64,000 nucleotides of DNA from an uncultured Planctomycetaceae bacterium (GTDB taxonomy: Bacteria > Planctomycetota > Phycisphaerae > SM23-33), in contig CAZLBC010000001.1 of assembly GCA_964557575.1 (NCBI GenBank), positions 2,296-66,295 on the forward strand, written 5' to 3'. The notes beneath the pieces were generated by a model. The model saw only the letters and a program-made list of their open reading frames with translations, made no database searches and had not been told where the DNA came from. Shown in pieces: positions 1 to 8,559 of the stretch. A program made the position numbers and the translations under genes. The number at the start of each line of letters is the position of its first letter. Position 1 is the stretch's first letter.

Positions 1-82
1 GCGGCCATGGTCGGTTTCCTCCAGTTAGTTGTTTCGTTCCCGGTCCGGCAATAAAAATATCACGGAGGATTACGATTTACAA

Positions 83-128
83 GAGTTTTCTCGGGAAGTT
101 TACAAGGTTTTTCTCGGGAAGTTTACCT
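83..128. promoter_or_regulatory. promoter-like direct repeat, two units of UUUUCUCGGGAAGUUUAC
   Basis: Same about 22-bp unit as at 1713, 6363, 16549, 21539, 52766 and, inverted, 55247. Confidence 0.4.
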
Positions 129-656
129 GCCGGAGATTTCCTCGCGACGCCACTGGAAACGGCGGCCAAGCTCAACGAACATCTGGCTGACGCGGGACTC
201 GGTGAGTCCGATTTCGTGTCCGATTTCCTTCATCGTCGCGCCGCTCATCCGCATCTTGACCATGCCGTTCTCGACTCCGGGCAAAACGGTGTCCACCCAG
301 TCCTCGACCGCGACCCGGGAATAGCCGTCGTAGGGGGCCGGGCTGCAAACGCAATCGCGCGACCCGGACGGATTCAGGTCTTCGAGATAGACGTCGTTAT
401 CCTTTTTCCGGCGCGCCGAATCCTCTCGGCCGTGTTCCTTTCGCATATAATCGATCGCGCGCTGTTTGACGCGAACGTTGATGAACGTGTCGATGCTCAA
501 CCCGTCGTCCCTGTAATCTTTAAGTTCCCGCCATACGGACAACAGGACCTCGTTGATCAGGTCGTCCCACTCGTGTCGGGGGAGCTTGTTGGCGCAGAAC
601 ATCCGCGCGCATTTCTCGATGTAAGCGATGTTGGCGTTGAAGAGTTCGTCTTGCAT
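123..656 (-). CDS. RNA polymerase sigma factor (sigma-70/ECF-like)
   Basis: ORF 123..959 trimmed to ATG at residue 102 (GAGGACGAGGAC upstream). Has a C-terminal HTH resembling sigma region 4 (TMKEIGHEIGLTESRVSQM) and a region-2-like helix (LINEVLLSVWREL). Confidence 0.55.
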   Translation of the reverse strand: MQDELFNANIAYIEKCARMFCANKLPRHEWDDLINEVLLSVWRELKDYRDDGLSIDTFINVRVKQRAIDYMRKEHGREDSARRKKDNDVYLEDLNPSGSRDCVCSPAPYDGYSRVAVEDWVDTVLPGVENGMVKMRMSGATMKEIGHEIGLTESRVSQMFVELGRRFQWRREEISGR

Positions 657-862
657 GGGTTTGTCCTCGTCCTCGAATGTTCGCTCGGAGGGCGACGCGT
701 CCAAACGCCGCCCTTGGTTGGTTTTTCGGTCCGACTGAAATAGTATGCGCGGTCCTCGCGGGTTCAAGGAAAAAACTCCAGAGTTCTTTCCTTGTCGGTA
801 AAACCCCCGGGCACCGTGCCCGGGGGCTGTTGCGGGCGGGGACCAGCCGCCCTGCTGGAGGA

Positions 863-1657
863 TCACAGCTTCTCGGCCGTGGCCGCTTCGCGGTTCCAGA
901 TCACGGTATCCCACTCCGATACCCACGGTTCGTGAAGCGAATTGTAGATGTCGATGCAATCGTGCGCGTCGAATCCGCCCGCGACGGCGATCTCACCGAT
1001 CCGGTCGTACTCCATGGCGTCGCGGATCATGCGCCGAAGTTCTTTCTTCGTCCCGTTCCACAGGCCGCAGTCGTCGCCGCAGTGAAAACCGGGGATGACT
1101 TCGCCGTTGATGTTGTAGATCACGACGTTGCGGCCGCGACTGCGAAGAATCGGGAACTCCCGGGAAACGCAGCGTTGCGCGCGGATCGCTCCGTTGTTGT
1201 ACGCGGCGGAGACCTTCTCCTTGATCTCCCGCAGGGTCGGCAGGGAATCGTAAATCTCTCCGCTCGACCACTGGTGACCGTGGCGCAGCACGTTGCGCCC
1301 GAAGTACCGCGAGATCACTTCGCGGGGGCCGTCCTTGCCGGGCACCTTGGTGACCCGGTTGACAACGCCGGAGCGTTCCCGCGCCTTGTGGTCGGACACG
1401 CTGCGGCGGCCGTGCAGGAACGTGTACAGCGCGTCCTCAAACTGGTTGACGTCGCTGAAGTAATGATCCGTGATCCGGTCGCCGGAGTCGGACGCGCTGA
1501 ACGCGTACCGGGTGTCCCGGCCGAAACTCCAAATCTTAGCAACGCGCTGGAACGCGTCGGCTTCCTCGTTCGTCAGGTGAACGGGAACGGTCATCCGACC
1601 GCTCTTGAGTCCCTCGATCACCGCTCGGATTCCTTCGTAGGTTTTTGTCTCGATCAT
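863..1657 (-). CDS. hypothetical protein
   Basis: ORF 863..1822 trimmed to Met56, which is preceded by GGAGGAGACA. The 5' leader is conserved with genes at 16477 and 21463. Confidence 0.5.
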   Translation of the reverse strand: MIETKTYEGIRAVIEGLKSGRMTVPVHLTNEEADAFQRVAKIWSFGRDTRYAFSASDSGDRITDHYFSDVNQFEDALYTFLHGRRSVSDHKARERSGVVNRVTKVPGKDGPREVISRYFGRNVLRHGHQWSSGEIYDSLPTLREIKEKVSAAYNNGAIRAQRCVSREFPILRSRGRNVVIYNINGEVIPGFHCGDDCGLWNGTKKELRRMIRDAMEYDRIGEIAVAGGFDAHDCIDIYNSLHEPWVSEWDTVIWNREAATAEKL

Positions 1658-1712
1658 GGTTGTCTCCTCCAGTGTTGTGGTCTTCGATCCTGTCGTCCGG
1701 AAGTAAATGTAA

Positions 1713-1760
1713 AAGATTTGTCGGGGAGTTTCAAGAAAAATATCGGGGAGTTTTGAAAAT
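1713..1760. promoter_or_regulatory. promoter-like direct repeat (two units) upstream of gene 863..1657
   Basis: GATTTGTCGGGGAGTTTCAAG and AAAAATATCGGGGAGTTTTGAAAA, 60-100 nt upstream of the minus-strand start. Confidence 0.45.
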
Positions 1761-1923
1761 AAATGCTTGGCGGCCCCCGTGAAAACCCTTGTAACGAGAA
1801 GCGGGAGCATGGTAAAGTTCACATGTGACCACCCGCGTACTTGGCATCGAAGGTGAAAGCGCGGGGACCGGATTTGCGCCGTACCGGGGAATCATCTAAA
1901 CTGCGCCAAGGAGGTCAAGAGCG

Positions 1924-2430
1924 ATGCAACGCTACCCGGTCCCGACTGAAGACGACTTCGTCGTCGAACTGAACGCGGACAGAAAGCTTTTATGCGACGC
2001 GGACGTTCACCCCGTGCGCGATCAGGTGCAGTCCGTCATCGACGGCCGCCAGCCTCCGCTCGAATGGCTTACCCTGTACAACAGCGCGGACATCGTCGCG
2101 GCGTACCGACGGCTTCGCGACGCCGTGACGGTCTACCGTGAAACCAAGCGGAAGCTGGCGGGTTCCGGCTGTTGGGTCAGCGTGTCCAACGCGGCGACGG
2201 TGCGCACCACGCCGGTCGAAATCGCGCAACGCGTAACCGAATGCCGGTGGAACCTCGTCGCCGCCGTCGTCGAAGGGTTGTACGGCGACGCGAAGTACCG
2301 CGCCGCGTCGCTTTGGAACCTGCGGAAGACATTGCTGGTTCGCATGGCGCGCCGTCGGAAGATCAAACGGTACTCCCGCATGCGCAAGCACGAACTGGTG
2401 TACGCGCTGGTCGCCGACGGCTTCGGCTAG
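1924..2430 (+). CDS. hypothetical protein (Rho_N-like C-terminal segment)
   Basis: AAGGAGG lies 9 nt upstream of ATG. One of only three plus-strand genes; TAG stop, followed by a hairpin terminator. Confidence 0.6.
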   Translation: MQRYPVPTEDDFVVELNADRKLLCDADVHPVRDQVQSVIDGRQPPLEWLTLYNSADIVAAYRRLRDAVTVYRETKRKLAGSGCWVSVSNAATVRTTPVEIAQRVTECRWNLVAAVVEGLYGDAKYRAASLWNLRKTLLVRMARRRKIKRYSRMRKHELVYALVADGFG

Positions 2431-2460
2431 AAGGCGGACATCGAACGGTTCGAATAAGCG

Positions 2461-2493
2461 AAACCCCCGGTATTACCCGGGGGTTTCTTTTTT
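2461..2493. terminator. bidirectional rho-independent terminator
   Basis: AAACCCCCGG-TATTAC-CCGGGGGTTT followed by TCTTTTTT. Lies between convergent genes. Confidence 0.6.
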
Positions 2494-2526
2494 CCGCGCG
2501 TCACATGTGTCGGGGGGACTGAACGG

Positions 2527-5500
2527 TTAGTTCGCGCGGAGTTCCTGTTCCTCTTGGCAGTTCGGACCGGAGCAGAACAGCGGGTCTTCGCCGTCCGAAC
2601 CAACGTATTCGGACCAGTCAAGCGGACGGATCGCGGCGCGCCGACGGTTGTACTCCTCTTCCGTGATCCCTTCCTGCGGCGACTGCGCGTACACGCCCGC
2701 CGCCGTGTGCGGAAGAAGCGAAACCGATTTCGTAACGGGAGCCAGCGTGGACAACACGTCTTCGATCTGGTCCTCCTCGTGCATCGGGTTGAACCGGTAC
2801 AGTTTCATGCCGGTTGAGTCGCTTGTTATCCGTATGGCGGAATCCGCGTACTCCTCGCTTTCGGACAGCGTCCGCAGGATTCGCGGCGCGTCGTGCGGGT
2901 CGATGATCGGGTCGTGCAACCCGAACAAAAAGCCTTGGAGTTCATCAGAGTTCGGCAACGCTTCCGGCTTCCACGCCTTTGTCAGGACCCACTTCGGTTT
3001 GAAGAAGAGAGTATTTGACACCGCATTATCAGACCACTCCCTTTGCACGAACATGAGGTTCGCGGCCTGCTCCCACAGACTCGCCTCCGTCGCGGGCTTC
3101 GCCGGTCCTTGAAGAACCGGGAACTCGAAGACGAGCGTTTTCGGGTTGACCTTGTCCGGTTCGCAGGGAACCCCGGCGTCCTGCAAGACAGACACGACAG
3201 GGGCCGTCTCGGAGACGCGCACGCGCATCAGCGTGTGGCGGAACGTCGGGTACCCGATCCCGCTGGTCCGGCCAGCCAACTTGGGCGTGGTTCCTCCCGG
3301 TTTCACGGTCGTGACGCGGATGCTTTCCGGGATACCGGCTTCGGCCGCGAGATCGCGGTTGACTTCACGAATCAAGTTGTAACCGTCTCGGAGCCACCGG
3401 GTGACCTTGTTGATCGGATGCGCCGCCTTCCAACCGGTCAGGTCGACGAGACCGACCCCGATGCGCCGGTTCCGCGCGACGACGCGGTTCGTTTCAGGAG
3501 AGTGCGTCGGAAGCAGGTTGACGCTGCTGCAGTAGATCGCGGCGTACCGGCACGCGTTGAGCCAGTCTTCGACGGTATTGCACCGCGTCGGGAGCGTCTC
3601 GGCGATGTTGCACGTTTCGAACGATTCCAAGGGGACCTCGCCGCACTGTTTGGACGAAACCCACACTTCCTTGTCTCGGCCCCCGTCGGTCGTACCCGCG
3701 AAACCTCCGATGAAGAAGCGGTGTGTTTCGTCCACGGTTCCGTTGTACACGTCTTCGTACCCGTCGAACTCCACAGATATAACTTTGTGGTTATACCCGT
3801 CGGCGCGTTTCTCCAAGTCCTTCCACGACTGGAACGGCGAGGACTTCCGGCAGATTTCAGAGGATACCCCGGACGCCCTGCACGCTTCCACCCATTCCAT
3901 CTTCTTCGGTGTCCGCCCCAGTTCAAACGACAAGTCCAAGAAGACTGCGATCTGTTGTTCCCGGACGTTCTCCCGGCGCGCGTCAAACGTCTTCTTCCTC
4001 CCCTCACGGCGTTTCGCGATCAATCCCGGGTCGGAGTTCATCGCGGCCAGCGAGACTTCGTGAGAGGCGTACGCTTGCTCTCTTCGGTTGGACGGTACGA
4101 TAAACGTTTCTCCTGTCGCTTCACAGACCTTCGTGACCATGACGCGCCCGTCAACAATACCCGCTTCCAGCCCGGATTCCAACAGTTCGTGCAACAGCCG
4201 CACGGTACGGGGGTCGCAATCGGAGAAGTCTTCGACTCCCGCCTTCGCGGCGCACCGCTTGGCGAACGCCGTAATCGTTCCAAGTTCAGCCTTCCGGAAT
4301 TTCGAGAACGACGTCGGAAGATCGCGAGTGACGGCGTACTCCTGCCATTCTTGCTTCGAAAACCTGCGACCGAGATGCCCGGCGAGGTTCACCCCGTGTT
4401 CTAAGAGCGCATCGTTAGTCACGCCGCAGTATCGGGAATTGCTCTCTCCGTCCGAGTGCTCAGACAGATGCGGGAACTCCGATCGGATTTCGAGGTTTTC
4501 AGTCCGGTTATCCGTTTTGCGGCCGTTTATGTGATGAACATGAAGTCCCTGCCGGGGTTCGATCCCGAAGTGCGCCTGCGCGATCAGCCTGTGTTCAGCG
4601 CGCGTTTCGCCGCCAATTGAGAACGTATTGTACTGATCGGCTCTCGATTCACTGCGTCCGTCCGGGAAGTACCGGCTCAAAATACGGAGGGAGTCCCCGC
4701 ACGAGAGTTCTTCGACGGCCTTGGTTTCCTGTCCGCCGCGCAGGTACAACTTGTGGTTCCCCGTCAAGCGCAGGATGTCGCCGCTGTCCAGCACGACCTT
4801 GTACACCGCGACTTTCTTGCCCGTCGCCCGGGGACGGCGCATCCAGTGGATGCCCAACGATCCGTCCAACAACTCGGTGAAGACCCGGACGTCCTGTCCG
4901 GATTCCGCGAGTTCCCGTATCGGGACGGCTCCCCGTCCGTCCGCCGTCAAAACCAGCGTATCTCCAGTCATACACGGGTTCAACCCGGTCGCCTTGTCTT
5001 CCCGCACGTTCGACGCTTTTCCGACGCGCAGGCGGCCGCGCTTCACGTTGACCATGTTCAGGTACCCCGGCTCGCCGTTCTTGATCACGCGTTCGGCGAT
5101 CTCTCCGAGCTTGGCGAAGTCCTCGGGGGTTTCGAGAATCACGCTGTTGTTCGACATCCATCCGATTTCGGCGCGATCCGGATGCTTTTCGTAGTCCTTC
5201 AAATCGGCGAACGTCGGATCGCTGACCGGGGCCAACGAAATTTCTGCGCTACGCCGGACATTTCCGGCGACAACGCAGCATCCGATCGCGTTGAAGATGT
5301 CGACCTTCAACCGCATGGAATCGTATTCGTGTTCGGGGTCGAGAATTTCCGATCCGGGGTTGATGTTGTTGCGCCATTCGCGGTATTTGCGGAAGTACGT
5401 TCGGATTCTCTCGTGCAGTTCCTTGAGCGGGCCGGGACCGGAAGCGCGTCCGCCGAATCCCCGGATCGGCGATCCCTCCGGACGGATTTCAGAGTAGTCG

Positions 5501-6159
5501 AACGTCCACTTCGGCTGGTCCGGGCGAAGATACGAGTCAATCAACCGTTGAACGGATTCGCACCAGCCTTCCCGGCTGTCCGGGATCACGTAGGTTTCTT
5601 CGTTTTCCTCGGGAGGTTCGACGACCTCCGTCAAGTCGTTGCGGTACGGGCGGAATCCGACGCCCACGCCGTTCATCAGGGCGTCCATCGTCCAGTACGC
5701 GGCTTTTCCGATGTTTTCCCTCACCTCGACGAAGGCGCAGTTGAACAGGGCCATTCCGCCGCGTTCGTAGATGTAATCGGTGCCCATCGCCCACAAGCCC
5801 CGGCCCGGCGGCATCCATTCCATCTTGAACGCGGAGACCGCCATTTTGTACGCGGTCTCCTGCCATTTGTCTTCGTCCCATCGGATGCGGTTCCGAATGT
5901 AATGGTTCTTCCGGATGGACAGAACGCCTTCGATCACGCGCTTGATCACTTGCCACCAGCGTTCCTGCCCGATCTGGACAGGATCGCCGTTTTCATCGCG
6001 GACCAGCTCTCCGGTATCCCGGTCGCGGTCCCAAACAGCGCGTGAATACGTGCGGTAAAAGACGAACTCGCCGATTTCCCCGAAGTCCGGTTCCATCGTA
6101 CGGAGATTGTAAACGGTCGATTCGGCGAGGGTGAAGCGGTTTTCTTTGGGTACGAACAC
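2527..6159 (-). CDS. nrdJ: class II (adenosylcobalamin-dependent, NrdJ-like) ribonucleotide reductase, intein-containing
   Basis: Has the FVFYRTYSR N-terminal motif. The catalytic-site motif NP-CGEVPLESFETCN is split by a 443-aa insert. GTG start with GGAGG 6 nt upstream (alternative ATG at 6096, or the ORF start at 6231). Confidence 0.8.
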   Translation of the reverse strand: MFVPKENRFTLAESTVYNLRTMEPDFGEIGEFVFYRTYSRAVWDRDRDTGELVRDENGDPVQIGQERWWQVIKRVIEGVLSIRKNHYIRNRIRWDEDKWQETAYKMAVSAFKMEWMPPGRGLWAMGTDYIYERGGMALFNCAFVEVRENIGKAAYWTMDALMNGVGVGFRPYRNDLTEVVEPPEENEETYVIPDSREGWCESVQRLIDSYLRPDQPKWTFDYSEIRPEGSPIRGFGGRASGPGPLKELHERIRTYFRKYREWRNNINPGSEILDPEHEYDSMRLKVDIFNAIGCCVVAGNVRRSAEISLAPVSDPTFADLKDYEKHPDRAEIGWMSNNSVILETPEDFAKLGEIAERVIKNGEPGYLNMVNVKRGRLRVGKASNVREDKATGLNPCMTGDTLVLTADGRGAVPIRELAESGQDVRVFTELLDGSLGIHWMRRPRATGKKVAVYKVVLDSGDILRLTGNHKLYLRGGQETKAVEELSCGDSLRILSRYFPDGRSESRADQYNTFSIGGETRAEHRLIAQAHFGIEPRQGLHVHHINGRKTDNRTENLEIRSEFPHLSEHSDGESNSRYCGVTNDALLEHGVNLAGHLGRRFSKQEWQEYAVTRDLPTSFSKFRKAELGTITAFAKRCAAKAGVEDFSDCDPRTVRLLHELLESGLEAGIVDGRVMVTKVCEATGETFIVPSNRREQAYASHEVSLAAMNSDPGLIAKRREGRKKTFDARRENVREQQIAVFLDLSFELGRTPKKMEWVEACRASGVSSEICRKSSPFQSWKDLEKRADGYNHKVISVEFDGYEDVYNGTVDETHRFFIGGFAGTTDGGRDKEVWVSSKQCGEVPLESFETCNIAETLPTRCNTVEDWLNACRYAAIYCSSVNLLPTHSPETNRVVARNRRIGVGLVDLTGWKAAHPINKVTRWLRDGYNLIREVNRDLAAEAGIPESIRVTTVKPGGTTPKLAGRTSGIGYPTFRHTLMRVRVSETAPVVSVLQDAGVPCEPDKVNPKTLVFEFPVLQGPAKPATEASLWEQAANLMFVQREWSDNAVSNTLFFKPKWVLTKAWKPEALPNSDELQGFLFGLHDPIIDPHDAPRILRTLSESEEYADSAIRITSDSTGMKLYRFNPMHEEDQIEDVLSTLAPVTKSVSLLPHTAAGVYAQSPQEGITEEEYNRRRAAIRPLDWSEYVGSDGEDPLFCSGPNCQEEQELRAN
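3646..4974 (-). mobile_element. intein with HNH homing-endonuclease domain inside nrdJ
   Basis: Begins CMTGDTLVLTADG (block A) with block B RLTGNHKLYL. Has an internal HHINGRKTDNRTENL HNH motif. Block F/G-like EDVYNGTVDETHRFFIGG ends ...SSKQ followed by extein Cys (CGEV), so it appears to end in Gln rather than Asn. Confidence 0.7.
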
Positions 6160-6362
6160 GGGCGGGCCTCCAAACGGTTGATGTTGCGCACAATCCTGTT
6201 TTATACATCGCCCGGATTGCGGTGTCCACACTCAATACATCGGGCAGGGAGGGCTAATCCGAACATAAACTTTTCGGGATTTTACAAAAAACATCACAAG
6301 TCGCTGGTTCCGTCCGGATTTTCAAACGAACTTGGAAACCCGGACGGACCCTGAAAAAATTT

Positions 6363-6414
6363 CAAGTTTTTTCGAGCCGGGACCGACACAAATTTTTCTT
6401 CGGGGAATTACAAA
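6363..6414. promoter_or_regulatory. promoter-like repeat units in nrdJ / peptidase divergent region
   Basis: TTTTTCGAGCCGGGACCGACAC and AATTTTTCTTCGGGGAATTACAAA. Confidence 0.4.
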
Positions 6415-6486
6415 TTTTTTCTTTGATAGTTTAACGAACCGGGGGTAAACTTGGCAAATGGAAGATTTCCAACTGGAGGAACGACC

Positions 6487-7347
6487 ATGGAAGACATCCG
6501 AAATACGCTGCGAAACCTAGCCGAGGCCGCTGATCGCGGGGATTTCATCCGATCCCTTCTGACGGAACGCGGCGTGCCTTTCCGCGACCAGCGGTTCCCC
6601 TGTCACGGGAAAACGAACATCCTCGTCGACTTCGGCCATCCCCCCGAATCGTGGCGGCACGTGTACGGCGCGCACTACGACGCGGTGTCCGGCTCTCCGG
6701 GAGCCAACGACAACGGCGCGGCGTGCTTGTCCTTGGTGCATCTCGCGGCGCGCGTTCACTCAGCGGGAGAAACGCCGCCCCTGTGCATCGTGTTCTTCGA
6801 CGGCGAAGAGCCGGAGAACCGGTACGACGACACCGGCGCGTACTGTCCCGGGTCGTACTTGTTCGCCGACGAGCTGATGATTTGCGCCGGGCAGCCGGAA
6901 CTCGCCGTCGTACTGGACGTGACCGGCTTCGGCGACACGCTGCTCTGGGACGGCGCGGGCGGCGAAGAAACGCCGATGACCGAGGCGGTGCGCCGCGTGG
7001 TCCCGGACGTCATCGGCGAATGGACTCCAACGTCGGACGAGCGGTTGATGGCGAACGCCGGAATGTACGCGATCCTGTTGACGGTGATCCCGTCCGAGGA
7101 AATCGCCGGAACCCGGACGACGTGGGAAACGCTGCACTCCATGGAAGACAACGCGGACACCGTGGACCCGGATAACATCCCGTGGGTATCGGAAATCCTG
7201 TGGTGCCTTTCCCGTCCGCTGTCAGGGCTTCCCGCTCCGCTGGCGGAGTCCAAGGCCCCTTCCAACGTAAACGCGCGTGAGAACGCGCTGGACGCGCTCT
7301 ACGCCGGTGCCCCTGACTTTGACGACGTTGAATCCTCCGAGGACTGA
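6487..7347 (+). CDS. M28-family zinc peptidase-like protein
   Basis: GGAGGA lies 6 nt upstream of ATG. HYDAV and GANDNGAA motifs are typical of M28 metallopeptidases. Confidence 0.45.
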   Translation: MEDIRNTLRNLAEAADRGDFIRSLLTERGVPFRDQRFPCHGKTNILVDFGHPPESWRHVYGAHYDAVSGSPGANDNGAACLSLVHLAARVHSAGETPPLCIVFFDGEEPENRYDDTGAYCPGSYLFADELMICAGQPELAVVLDVTGFGDTLLWDGAGGEETPMTEAVRRVVPDVIGEWTPTSDERLMANAGMYAILLTVIPSEEIAGTRTTWETLHSMEDNADTVDPDNIPWVSEILWCLSRPLSGLPAPLAESKAPSNVNARENALDALYAGAPDFDDVESSED

Positions 7348-7836
7348 TCAGTCCTCGGTTTTTCGATATACCTTTTCCTCGTGGACGTGACCGCCGCTGA
7401 ACGGTTCGGCGGACGGGTCATCCACGGGAAGCGGCGGAAGCATCGACCACCCGTTCGCTTCGTCCATCAGCCACTGGATGTCCCGGGAACACGCGTCACA
7501 CGCGCTGTCGGGGCATATCTTGTACAGGGTGTGAACGACAAACACGTTCGTGTCCGGCTCCCACTGGATGAAGCTCGGCTTCATGACGTAACTGTCGAGG
7601 GGAACCGCGATGTCCATGCGCGGGATGAACGGCATCTGAATCGTTTTTGAAAATCGGAATTGTTCTTCGATCGGGCGCGACGCGCCCTTCAAAATCTCCA
7701 TGTTCTCCCGGTACGTATCCTCGTCGAGATCGCCTGTTTCCCGGAGCTGTTCGAGTTGCGCCTTGTTCGACGCTTGCAACACCGGGTGCATTCCCCCGGT
7801 GTTGATAACGTGAAGCATGATTTGAACCGTGTGCAT
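7348..7836 (-). CDS. hypothetical Cys-rich protein
   Basis: ORF 7348..8208 trimmed to Met125 behind TAGGAGG. The conserved CCGATAAC..GGGTAGGAGG motif lies upstream. Its stop and the stop of the plus gene form the palindrome GAGGACTGATCAGTCCTC. Confidence 0.5.
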   Translation of the reverse strand: MHTVQIMLHVINTGGMHPVLQASNKAQLEQLRETGDLDEDTYRENMEILKGASRPIEEQFRFSKTIQMPFIPRMDIAVPLDSYVMKPSFIQWEPDTNVFVVHTLYKICPDSACDACSRDIQWLMDEANGWSMLPPLPVDDPSAEPFSGGHVHEEKVYRKTED

Positions 7837-7842
7837 GTCGTT

Positions 7843-7863
7843 ACCTCCTACCCGGTTATCGGC
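7843..7863 (-). promoter_or_regulatory. conserved motif CCGATAA(C/T)..CGGGT(A/G)GGAGG fused to RBS
   Basis: Five occurrences (7843, 16864, 18699, 22995, 47350), each ending in the SD 6-9 nt before a minus-strand start. Confidence 0.4.
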
Positions 7864-7892
7864 TAGCGAGGAAATTATCAGAAGTGATTTTG

Positions 7893-8348
7893 TCAAGAAT
7901 CTTCGAAATCGTCGTCGTGTCGTCCTTCGTGACGCGGTGATTCCGCGCCGAACCACCGGGGGGTCCCGTCGCGCGTCTTGGTGTGCATGAACCCCCATCC
8001 GCCGTCGTTCACGGCGTCGACGATCTGACGAAACGAAACCCACCCGTTTCCGTTCAGCGGCGGAACTTCGCCGTTCAGGATCATGTTCCGGATTTCCGGA
8101 TCGTCCGCGTGGTACGACGCCTCGGGCGTCAAAAGAAACAGGCTTTTCCCGATGTTGGACAAGGTGGGGCGTCCCTGCGCCTTGCGCTGGCGACGGACCT
8201 TGTGCCATATCCCGTTCACTAGAACAGCTTTACCAATATTGTACAGCTTCAAGTGGTGGACCGTAAGCATGTCGTCCGGGTCCCGGTCGTACGGTGTGCC
8301 AGACATTAATTCCAGAATTAAATTTCGTTTAGGTTCCCGTGTTGTCAT
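7893..8348 (-). CDS. hypothetical protein
   Basis: Long ORF, but no clear RBS at any of three candidate ATGs. Confidence 0.35.
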   Translation of the reverse strand: MTTREPKRNLILELMSGTPYDRDPDDMLTVHHLKLYNIGKAVLVNGIWHKVRRQRKAQGRPTLSNIGKSLFLLTPEASYHADDPEIRNMILNGEVPPLNGNGWVSFRQIVDAVNDGGWGFMHTKTRDGTPRWFGAESPRHEGRHDDDFEDS

Positions 8349-8418
8349 TGGAATTGAGCACCGATCCTCGTAAACTGTGAGCAGGGGAATTGATTATTCT
8401 AACTCAAAGGAGCGTGCG

Positions 8419-8559
8419 ATGCGCAGCGAAACCGCCAACCACGACAACATCAATTTTCTGAAATCCGCCCGAGCATTCACAATCACGATGTGGACGATAT
8501 CCATCGCGTCCGTCGTTTTGGGGATCGCCGCGCTCGTTCTCCGGGCGTTCGTCGACTAG
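8419..8559 (+). CDS. small membrane protein (46 aa)
   Basis: AAGGAG lies 6 nt upstream of ATG. Hydrophobic segment WTISIASVVLGIAALVL. Confidence 0.4.
   Translation: MRSETANHDNINFLKSARAFTITMWTISIASVVLGIAALVLRAFVD

Noticed and set aside
6232-6486. Possible small gene in the nrdJ / peptidase divergent region
   Set aside because: Only short ORFs without RBS. The region is filled by promoter-like repeats and an inverted repeat (TCCGTCCGG...CCGGACGGA).
7338-7357. Palindrome GAGGACTGATCAGTCCTC as a restriction or regulatory site
   Set aside because: It is formed by the convergent stop codons of two genes. It may act as a small bidirectional hairpin, but there is no T-run, so it is not called a terminator.
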